Positions 1 through 7,596 of a stretch of DNA of 21,487 bases are shown here, one piece after another (the stretch's first letter is position 1; every line of letters begins with the position of its first letter). This DNA comes from Hormoscilla sp. (GTDB lineage Bacteria > Cyanobacteriota > Cyanobacteriia > Cyanobacteriales > Desertifilaceae): NCBI GenBank assembly GCA_051439505.1, contig JBFRWI010000168.1, positions 1-21,487 of the forward strand, read 5' to 3'. The translations under genes were made by a program, and so were the position numbers. A model generated the notes under the pieces. The model ran no database searches. It was given only the letters and a program-made list of their open reading frames with translations, and was not told where the DNA came from.

Positions 1-216
1 GGACAGACAGGCCCAAATGGTCCGGGTGCAGCTTCCCCACTTAGCAGTTGGTCAACAGCTTTTCCAGAAAGGGGAGACTATACTATTACCTTCACGGGGG
101 CGGAGTTTGTGGGTCCGCCTGATGCTGGTGCTGACTATGAATTCTCTCCCACAGTAGCTGTAATAATCATCGGAGTCGGGACTGCCTTTCATCACTTTTT
201 CAAGAATAAGAAATAA
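1..216 (+). CDS. 3' end of a probable exosortase-sorted surface protein (PFE/PEP-CTERM-like tail; DVUA0089-like segment); 5'-truncated by the window edge
   Basis: Not in the ORF track. Frame 1 is open from base 1 to TAA at 214-216: GQTGPNGPGAASPLSSWSTAFPERGDYTITFTGAEFVGPPDAGADYEFSPTVAVIIIGVGTAFHHFFKNKK*. It ends in a YEFSPT motif, a hydrophobic helix and a basic tail, like cyanobacterial PFE-CTERM (VPFEFSP) signals. Confidence 0.7.
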   Translation, partial: GQTGPNGPGAASPLSSWSTAFPERGDYTITFTGAEFVGPPDAGADYEFSPTVAVIIIGVGTAFHHFFKNKK

Positions 217-269
217 TCAGATCGGATCCGTTTGTTGTTGCCCTTTAGCCCTAAGGTTCGATTAAACTA

Positions 270-1688
270 TTATTGCTTCTCAGGCAAGTTTCGCGGTGGC
301 ACCTCCCGACCATCGTAGAACTGCCTCTCCAGTTTACCCAGCCCGAAACATGCCCCGCCGAAGGCAAGAATGACCGCAGTTGAGAAGGCGATCGGCCAGA
401 AGCCGGTTTCTTCAAGGTACGCAACTTCTAGGGGAGTCGCGGCCCAAGCTAAAAGGGCGATCGCGGCAGACCATTTCCGGATCCGCCCAATATTAGTCAA
501 AGCTTTTGAGCAACTGGCGCATTTGACCGTGTGGGAATGATATCGATCGAGGAGTTTTTGCTTCGACTGCCTTGGGGGTAAAAGGGCAGAGGGAAAGGGA
601 TCGACACTGTAGTTATTCACCCAATTACGTAATTCTAAGACAAAAGTATCTGCCTTAGTGGGCAAATAAAAAGCCTTGGTAACATTAGGACTACCGCCTG
701 CTGCTTCCAAGTAGCGTTCCTGGGCATGAAGGAAAATTTGATCGTCTTCTAAGATTGCATTTTGACCGATGTGAGAATACCAGCGGGGAGTTAGCTTGAT
801 GAACAAACCCGGTAGCCGGGAAGAAAACTGAAAAGGAAATCGGGCAAAGAGACGACATTCGCCCTTGCGAATGGGAGTGGCATAAACCACCGTCATAGTT
901 CTGCCAAACTGCTTGGAAGTCAAGTCGTGCCACATCAATCCTGGGGCGATGAATGTCGTGTATTGCCGACCTAGTTTACCTCGTCGCGGTCCTTCTTCCC
1001 ACTTCCCCTGAAAGCCCTGTTTGTTAGAGGTAAGAATCTCCAGTTCCACCGGACTAGCATTGCTGCGATTTCCCACCGATTTGTGGTGGGTATAAGGAAG
1101 GTGACTGGAGTCCAGTACGTTTTCCAGCAGGGTGAGGGCATCGTAGGGCAAATCTCTGAAAGTATCGATACAGATCCACTTGTCAGGAGATTCTTCCAGT
1201 GGTGGGACGATCGGAACTCTGGTATAAGCCGCATTCTCCAACTGACCGGGATAGACAAATAACATTCCTTGCTGGACCGTAGTCGCCAGGGACACAACGC
1301 AGGCCCGAGAAGAAGTTTCTGCTTTGCCTCCCTCCCCCTGCTGGGGGATGTACTGGCAGCTACCCGTTCCCGCAAAAGCCCAACCGTGGTAAGGGCATTC
1401 TAACAAACCTGCTTCATTGAGCCGGCCTTCAGAAAGAGGGGCAAGGCGGTGAGGGCATTTATCCTCGAATACTCGCCATGAATTAGCTTTTGAGTCCCAC
1501 CAGATGACTAAGTCCCGATCGAGCAATGTGAAAGCTGTTGGCTTCGACTTATCCAGGTCGCAGATGTAATACACAGGATACCATGCTTCGAGCCAATTAA
1601 AACGATTTGGGTCGGTTCCCCCTGCTGGCCCGATGAACTCCGTTTCTGGTGACGGCATATCCTGAATAGTCGGCGGTCTTGTTTCCAT
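270..1688 (-). CDS. Rieske [2Fe-2S] non-heme iron oxygenase, pheophorbide a oxygenase (PAO/Lls1)-like
   Basis: Rieske motifs CPHRLAPL and CPYHGW; mononuclear Fe motif ENVLDSSHLPYTH and EDDQIFL; C-terminal CASC followed by two hydrophobic helices. The ATG at 1688 is preceded by GAGAGGA; the track's GTG start is at 1691. Confidence 0.9.
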   Translation of the reverse strand: METRPPTIQDMPSPETEFIGPAGGTDPNRFNWLEAWYPVYYICDLDKSKPTAFTLLDRDLVIWWDSKANSWRVFEDKCPHRLAPLSEGRLNEAGLLECPYHGWAFAGTGSCQYIPQQGEGGKAETSSRACVVSLATTVQQGMLFVYPGQLENAAYTRVPIVPPLEESPDKWICIDTFRDLPYDALTLLENVLDSSHLPYTHHKSVGNRSNASPVELEILTSNKQGFQGKWEEGPRRGKLGRQYTTFIAPGLMWHDLTSKQFGRTMTVVYATPIRKGECRLFARFPFQFSSRLPGLFIKLTPRWYSHIGQNAILEDDQIFLHAQERYLEAAGGSPNVTKAFYLPTKADTFVLELRNWVNNYSVDPFPSALLPPRQSKQKLLDRYHSHTVKCASCSKALTNIGRIRKWSAAIALLAWAATPLEVAYLEETGFWPIAFSTAVILAFGGACFGLGKLERQFYDGREVPPRNLPEKQ

Positions 1689-1739
1689 CACTTTCCTCTC
1701 TGTACTGCTGACAATGTTACTGATTTAATTATCGTTATC

Positions 1740-1787
1740 TGATAGTTGATTGTCAATGATAACTGTATAATTAACAATCAACTATCA
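1740..1787. terminator. 14-bp inverted repeat (TGATAGTTGATTGT / ACAATCAACTATCA); possible terminator or mRNA-stabilising hairpin
   Basis: Arms at 1740-1753 and 1774-1787, just downstream of the stop codon of the 1185-aa gene. AT-rich, with no clear U-tract. Confidence 0.45.
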
Positions 1788-1799
1788 ACTATTCCCCAA

Positions 1800-4700
1800 T
1801 TAACTAGGACTGCCCGATCGCCCTTCCGACAAGCCAAACAGAAGATAATGTTCGCGCCCGCTAGCGAAATCACCAGCAGCTACGGCACTGGCGACATCAG
1901 GGTTTTGGGCCAGATATAAAGCTTCATCGAAGTCTAAATTTAAACTTAAATTAGGGCTAGGAAGACGACCTTCAAATTGTCCAAACTGAATGTAATGTGC
2001 CAGTCCAGTAGAAAAGATACCGCCAAGTACGGCATTACCAACATCGGGATACTGGGCGAGATAGAAACTCTCGTCAAAATTGAAGTTCTGACTGGGACTG
2101 CGACCTTCAAACTGTCCAAACCCAAGATAATGTTCCAGTCCGCTAGCAAAGACACCCGTAGCGACTGCATTCGCGACATCGGGGTTTTGGGCGAGATAAA
2201 AACTTTCGTCGAAAGCAGGTAGAGAAGGTGGCGCAGGGGCAGGATCGGGTTCCGGTTGCGTTGGGAGATCGATCGCCTGAGAGTCGTCATCATTAATAAT
2301 CGTACCTCGGGCTTCTACTGTATTGGGTGTAGCATTGGTGATATTGGTCAGCAACACCGAAAAAGTCTCGTCTGGTTCTACGGAAGTATCGCCAATGATG
2401 GGGACTGGAATAGACACAGTTTTCGTTATTTGGTCCTCATCAGGATCGATCTCAGGATTAATAGTCAAAACTCCTGTAGTCTGTTCGTAATCGCTGCCAA
2501 CTACGGCAGTACCATCGGTGGTACGGTAATTAAAGGTAACAGGTTCGAGGGGCTTTGGTGACAGGATCACCTGGAATTCAGCATCATTAGTACCGCTGTT
2601 TCCCTCTGTCACCTGTACATTGCGAATGGACAAACTGGGCAGGTCATCATTTACGATCGTCCCCGTTGCCTCGTCCTGGTCCTGATTATCAGGATTACTC
2701 ACCTTTAGCAACAGGGTTTCGTCTAACTCCACCTCTTCGTCAGGCGAAACGGCCACTGTAACTGTTTTTTCAGTTTCTCCAGGTTCAAACCGTAGGGTAC
2801 CGGTAGATTCTTGGTAATCGGTCCCCTCTGTTGCCAACAGGTCTGCCGTTTCATAAGCCACCGTTACAGGCACTATAGTAGGTTCTGACAGTTCCACGGT
2901 GAATTCTAGATTAGCAGTTGCATCCGGGTCGTCCGGGTTCGGGTCGTCCGGGTTCGGGTCGTCCGGGTTCGGATCGCCCTGGTTCGGATTGCCCTCTTCG
3001 ACAGAAGCATTCTCCACTGATATTGCTGGCAGGGTAATTTGGAAATTAACGAAATCTGCTGTGGTAATTGGATCTTCAGGATTCAAAGTCAGTCGGTAAA
3101 ACCCCTCTGACTGCACCTCCACATCTTCTGGCGCATCCGTTCCGAAGATAGTAGTAGTAGTATAGACTGTTGATTCGCCCAGGTCAAGACTGAAGTTATT
3201 GCTCAAGGCCAGACTGACATTGTAACCCGCCTCAGCATCGACAAATTCATCATCATCATCTCCATCCCCATCAACAGTATCATTCAATTGGGAAGCTGAG
3301 ACAATTTTATCGACCAGATCCTGCGCATCATTGACTTCATAGCGTCCTGAGGTCTCCCTGTCACCACCCGTAGCAGTAATACCGACAAAATCAGTTTCCG
3401 TATCTGCGGTACCAGCAATTTCGGTTTCAAACAGAATTTCTTGTCCATTCAGCAGCAAGCGACCCCCGCCATTATCAGCGCTGTTCTCAAACAGCAGATT
3501 ATCATCGAAGTAGCGGAACATTTCCCAGTTTACCTCTGCGGTACCGGGGTTAGAGATAAAATAGGTTTGGGTCAAAACGCTGGCGTTGTCAACTTCTCGG
3601 AAGGTTTGAGAGAGGGTGAAGTCCAGACCGCCGAAGTTGAAACTGCTAGTGCTGCTGCTGTCGGTGAATGCGGTAAAGCCCGGATCTGGGAGATTGCCAG
3701 AATTGTTAATTTCTCCGGTAGTTAGGAATGTCGCTTCAGTTTCATCCTCGAAACGGATAGCTATCCCAGAGGCAAAAGTATTACCCTCTTCGGCATCGCG
3801 TGCCATCGCACCATAAGCGTCAGCAGTGACATTGCTGTCCCCTGTAGTCAGGGATATCTCACGAAATTGAATCGCTGTCCCCTCTGATGTCACCCCTGTT
3901 TCCGTGACCTCCCCCAGGGGAAAACTCTGTAAAAAATCCTCGGGGATAACTTCCCGCACTACATATTCTCCCGCAGTCAGGTTATCGAAAAGGTATTCAC
4001 CCAGGGCGTTGGTCGTGGTCTCGCGATCGTCGTCATCCAGGTCCCCATTATCATTGAGATCCAAATAAATTGTCACTCCCGGCAACCCCTGTTCTCCTCC
4101 ATCGCGTTTGCGATCGTCATTCAGGTCATTCCACTTGCTACCAGAAATTGACAGATCGTTATCTGCAATAGTCGCCGTCGCCGTTCCCCCATCTGCGGCT
4201 ATCTCAGCCCCCGAGACTGCTGTTAATTCCAGCAGGAACTCGCGGTCTGGGTTGATTTCTTGATTATCGATCGTCTCTACAGTAACAGTCTTCTCTAGTT
4301 CTCCCGGTTCTAAGGTCAACTCACCGCTAATACCTTCAAAATTATCCCCATCAACTGCAGTATCACTTGCCGTAGCATACTGGACTATCACCGGTTCGTC
4401 ACTAGCAATTGATAGCCTGACAGTAAAGGCAGCAGCTTCTCCCTCGATCGCCTCAGTATCGGACACAGACGCAGATAATTGATCGTCATCTGCGATGATC
4501 CCTATTCCCTGATTTTCCCCGATCGTCGCATTTTCCGAAGAGTTTGATAAATTTACAAAAAAAGCCCGATCGCCTTGGGATTCCCTATTGCCAAATACAG
4601 GTACGGATACAGTTTGTTCTTGAGTACCCGGTTCAAAATTGAGCGTACCTGTGGTGCTTTCGTAATCCCTGCCTGCAACTGCCGATACATTGACCGTATT

Positions 4701-5357
4701 CAAATCTACTGAGGCTGCCTCCTCCAGGGGGGTAGCCAAAGTGACAGTAAAAACCGCGTCAGTAGTACCGCTGTCCCCTTCCGTCACCGTCACATCGTCA
4801 ATGCGAAAGGTATCAAACACGTGCATGTAAGTCTGCATTGTCTGGGGCTTAAACGCTAGTGCGGCCTCAACATGGCCCGCACGCACCTCCAGTTCCCAGT
4901 CACCGCCCAAATCTTTATTACCCGTCAGGTCATCAGAAGCAGCAATATCAGCACCAGTATTTTCACTCAGTTGCTGAATAAACTTCTTACCTCCATCGGA
5001 AGCTGCTACATTACACCCGTACAGAAGAATATCACCTACATTTGTGAGAGCTTTTCCCCAGGTTTGCAGATCCTCAGCATATTTTGGCAATGTTTGGGCA
5101 TCCAGATGGGTGTTACCTAGCTGCAAACTTCCCTCGCTGCCGAAAGAGACGATATGGACGCTCTCGATATTAGTCCATTTCGCTAGCACTTCCGTAATTT
5201 GCGTCACCCCATCTGAGTTGCTGTCCAGGACTACGACCTCAGCCCCTGACGATACACCGGCGACCAGGTGATTAAAGTCATAAACCGCATTATCAATAAA
5301 GACAATATCGACCAGTGGATCCGAAATTAGCCCAGTATTTATTTGATTTTGTGTCAC
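1800..5357 (-). CDS. Large acidic surface/secreted protein: N-terminal DUF4347, about four Calx-beta domains, an SdrD B-like domain and three C-terminal FDESFYLAQNPDV repeats
   Basis: DUF4347 pattern IVFID...ILLYGCNVA...ADIAASDDLTG...GGDWELE. Calx-beta patterns (VTEGDSGT...FTVTL...GTLNFEPG...IIADDD). ISGSKWNDLNDD...GLPGVTIYLDLNDNG...GEYVVREV is SdrD B-like. GTG start preceded by GAGGAG. Confidence 0.88.
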   Translation of the reverse strand: MTQNQINTGLISDPLVDIVFIDNAVYDFNHLVAGVSSGAEVVVLDSNSDGVTQITEVLAKWTNIESVHIVSFGSEGSLQLGNTHLDAQTLPKYAEDLQTWGKALTNVGDILLYGCNVAASDGGKKFIQQLSENTGADIAASDDLTGNKDLGGDWELEVRAGHVEAALAFKPQTMQTYMHVFDTFRIDDVTVTEGDSGTTDAVFTVTLATPLEEAASVDLNTVNVSAVAGRDYESTTGTLNFEPGTQEQTVSVPVFGNRESQGDRAFFVNLSNSSENATIGENQGIGIIADDDQLSASVSDTEAIEGEAAAFTVRLSIASDEPVIVQYATASDTAVDGDNFEGISGELTLEPGELEKTVTVETIDNQEINPDREFLLELTAVSGAEIAADGGTATATIADNDLSISGSKWNDLNDDRKRDGGEQGLPGVTIYLDLNDNGDLDDDDRETTTNALGEYLFDNLTAGEYVVREVIPEDFLQSFPLGEVTETGVTSEGTAIQFREISLTTGDSNVTADAYGAMARDAEEGNTFASGIAIRFEDETEATFLTTGEINNSGNLPDPGFTAFTDSSSTSSFNFGGLDFTLSQTFREVDNASVLTQTYFISNPGTAEVNWEMFRYFDDNLLFENSADNGGGRLLLNGQEILFETEIAGTADTETDFVGITATGGDRETSGRYEVNDAQDLVDKIVSASQLNDTVDGDGDDDDEFVDAEAGYNVSLALSNNFSLDLGESTVYTTTTIFGTDAPEDVEVQSEGFYRLTLNPEDPITTADFVNFQITLPAISVENASVEEGNPNQGDPNPDDPNPDDPNPDDPDATANLEFTVELSEPTIVPVTVAYETADLLATEGTDYQESTGTLRFEPGETEKTVTVAVSPDEEVELDETLLLKVSNPDNQDQDEATGTIVNDDLPSLSIRNVQVTEGNSGTNDAEFQVILSPKPLEPVTFNYRTTDGTAVVGSDYEQTTGVLTINPEIDPDEDQITKTVSIPVPIIGDTSVEPDETFSVLLTNITNATPNTVEARGTIINDDDSQAIDLPTQPEPDPAPAPPSLPAFDESFYLAQNPDVANAVATGVFASGLEHYLGFGQFEGRSPSQNFNFDESFYLAQYPDVGNAVLGGIFSTGLAHYIQFGQFEGRLPSPNLSLNLDFDEALYLAQNPDVASAVAAGDFASGREHYLLFGLSEGRSGSPS
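1812..2213 (-). repeat. Three ~40-aa coding repeats F-D-E-x-x-Y-L-A-Q-x-P-D-V...G-x-x-H-Y-x-x-F-G-x-x-E-G-R
   Basis: Directly visible at the C-terminus of the 1185-aa protein. Confidence 0.9.
2926..2985. repeat. 15-bp coding tandem repeat GGGTCGTCCGGGTTC x3 plus one degenerate copy (PNPDD linker)
   Basis: Exact copies at 2926-2940, 2941-2955 and 2956-2970; degenerate copy at 2971-2985. Confidence 0.95.
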
Positions 5358-5477
5358 AGCTTTTACTCCTCACAGCAATGTCTTGGCGTTCCTTAATAAT
5401 TCTTTAAATTTTATGCTTGTTGAGCCCCACAATCTAGCCAATCATAGATTATACTATTTACAAGGGCGAGCTTCAAG

Positions 5478-5500
5478 CCATGCTATAAATAATAGCATGG
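5478..5500. promoter_or_regulatory. Palindrome CCATGCTAT-N5-ATAGCATGG in a divergent intergenic region; candidate operator
   Basis: Perfect 9-bp arms at 5478-5486 and 5492-5500, between the divergent starts at 5357 and 5622. Confidence 0.35.
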
Positions 5501-5621
5501 TCCTTCTCTCACAGCAGCTCCCGCGTGCGATCGCCCTAGGGTAAGTAAGTGGACGCAAAATTTTACTGGTGGCGGTGGGCGGTACACATCCTACGCCAAT
5601 AGGAAGAGTGAGGACTGACAG

Positions 5622-6266
5622 ATGAAACTGACAATTATCGGTACGGCACTATTATTAACGATCGCCTCCTGCCCCGAACGGGCGATCGCCCAATTTGGTT
5701 TGGACAGATCTGATTTTTTCGAGCGGGGAACAGAACAGCTGGAGCGGGAGATTGAAAGGTTAGGAACCCCAGACAGAGAGCCGAATTTAACCATCAATGA
5801 AGAAGCTTTGCCCTCCAAATGGACGAAGTTTGTTTTTTCTGAAGCTGGGTTTAGCATCTGGATGCCCTTGGGTAAGGTGGGTCAGGTCACAGAGTCAACA
5901 GAAGTCTGGGAAACTGAAGAAGGTAACATTGAATTGCAGGGCTTTGTCACGAACCTCGAATCATCAGGTTTCATAGTAGCATACTCCGATCGCCGACCTT
6001 CGGTCAACCCCGAAACGATTTTCGAGGAAATCCGGCAACTCACGAGCCAAAATCAGGAATTTGAGTTGCTGAGCGATCGCCCGTTAGATAATTATCCTGG
6101 AACTGGCAGAGAGTTCAGCTGGAAAGACTCTGATGTAACGATTACATTCAGGATTTATCTACTGCATCAGCGCCTGTATATTTTGGGAGCAGCAGAACCT
6201 AATTCAGAGGAACATCATAAATCATTTACCTTTTTCAATTCTTTTCAACCAACAACTAACAACTAA
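5622..6266 (+). CDS. Secreted/periplasmic hypothetical protein (possible PsbP/Mog1-like C-terminal fold)
   Basis: GAGGA RBS; signal peptide MKLTIIGTALLLTIASCPERAIA; helical DFFERGTEQLEREIERL segment; WTKF...AGFSIWMP...PGTGREF...RLYIL...FFNSFQ pattern. Confidence 0.8.
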   Translation: MKLTIIGTALLLTIASCPERAIAQFGLDRSDFFERGTEQLEREIERLGTPDREPNLTINEEALPSKWTKFVFSEAGFSIWMPLGKVGQVTESTEVWETEEGNIELQGFVTNLESSGFIVAYSDRRPSVNPETIFEEIRQLTSQNQEFELLSDRPLDNYPGTGREFSWKDSDVTITFRIYLLHQRLYILGAAEPNSEEHHKSFTFFNSFQPTTNN

Positions 6267-6271
6267 CAACT
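6251..6271. repeat. Heptamer tandem repeat (AACAACT)x3, STRR-like, at convergent gene ends
   Basis: Copies at 6251-6257, 6258-6264 and 6265-6271; supplies the last codons and the stop of the 214-aa gene. Confidence 0.8.
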
Positions 6272-6272
6272 C

Positions 6273-7577
6273 TCAACTGACTAATGGCAGGTCAATTATA
6301 AATTCCGTTCCTGCTGCTAGTACGGACTTACAAATCAGGTTCCCCTTGTGCTTTTCTTCTACAATCTGACGAGAAATAGATAATCCCAAACCCGTCCCTT
6401 TACCCACGGGCTTAGTCGTGAATAAGTTATCAAATATATGGCTGCGAACTGACTCACTCATGCCGCCGCCATTGTCTTTAATTGAGATAATTAATCTCCG
6501 ATCATCCTGTACCCAAGTTTGAATGATAATCTGATTGGGATTGGCTTTAATTTCCTCATAGGAACGTGCGGCATTCGATTCATCAAGAGCATCGATGCCA
6601 TTGCTGAGAATATTCATAAACACCTGATTCAGTTGACCGGGATAACATTTAATTTCTGGCACTTCTCCATACTCCCGAAGGATCTGAATTTCCGGACGTT
6701 TTGCATTAGCTTTGATTCTATGTTTCAATATATTTAAAGTGCTGTCAATTCCTTCATGGACGTTAAAATTAACTGGTTTTTGAGCATCTAAGCGAGAGAA
6801 AGTTCTCAGGGAAGAACTGATATTATGAATGCGCTTTGTTCCTTCCCGCATCGAACCTATCATTTGTGGGAGATCTTCAATCAAAAATTCTAAATCTATC
6901 TCCTCTATCCAATCTTTAATGCGGGGGGACGCCTGGGGATATTCTCCCTGATAGAGTTCGATCAGTTTGAGTAGATCTTCAATATATCCCTGAGCTTGGT
7001 TGAGATTACCATCAATAAATCCTACAGGATTGTTAATTTCATGGGCCACCCCAGCGACCAACTGACCCAGCGTAGACATCTTTTCATTTTGCACCAATTG
7101 CAGTTGAGATTTTTGCAAGTTATCTAGGGCCTGCTTCAGTTCAGCCGTCCGTTCTTCGACCCTTTCTTCTAGCAGTTCATTTTGTTCTGATAGCTTTTTG
7201 GTCAAACCACGCAGTCTCAGATGCACCCCCACTCGCGCTAACACTTCTTGCTGTTTGAATGGCTTGGTGATATAGTCTACTGCTCCTATATTTAAACCTT
7301 TGACTTTATTTTCCGTATCGTTGAGAGCCGTCATAAAAATTACCGGGATCTCTTGAGTTTGGGGATTTCCCTTGAGTCTAGAGCAGGTTTCAAATCCATC
7401 TATTCCCGGCATCATTACATCCAATAAAATTATGTCTGGCTTGGCATATTCTGCCTGCTTGATTGCCCGATCGCCGTTTGGCGCTACCAGGATAGTCCAT
7501 CCGGAGTTAGCCATCGCTTCGGACAACACTTTTAAGTTCATGGGGTTATCATCAACCAACAAAATTTTATAACTCAT
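6273..7577 (-). CDS. Cytoplasmic receiver-histidine kinase (REC-HisKA-HATPase)
   Basis: REC motifs ILLVDD...ILLDVMMPGIDG...DYITKPF; H-box AGVAHEINNP; N-box QVFMNILSN; G1 DNGGG; F-box IFDNLFTTK; G2 GTGLGLS. Confidence 0.95.
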   Translation of the reverse strand: MSYKILLVDDNPMNLKVLSEAMANSGWTILVAPNGDRAIKQAEYAKPDIILLDVMMPGIDGFETCSRLKGNPQTQEIPVIFMTALNDTENKVKGLNIGAVDYITKPFKQQEVLARVGVHLRLRGLTKKLSEQNELLEERVEERTAELKQALDNLQKSQLQLVQNEKMSTLGQLVAGVAHEINNPVGFIDGNLNQAQGYIEDLLKLIELYQGEYPQASPRIKDWIEEIDLEFLIEDLPQMIGSMREGTKRIHNISSSLRTFSRLDAQKPVNFNVHEGIDSTLNILKHRIKANAKRPEIQILREYGEVPEIKCYPGQLNQVFMNILSNGIDALDESNAARSYEEIKANPNQIIIQTWVQDDRRLIISIKDNGGGMSESVRSHIFDNLFTTKPVGKGTGLGLSISRQIVEEKHKGNLICKSVLAAGTEFIIDLPLVS

Positions 7578-7596
7578 TGCTTATCTTGGTAGTCGG

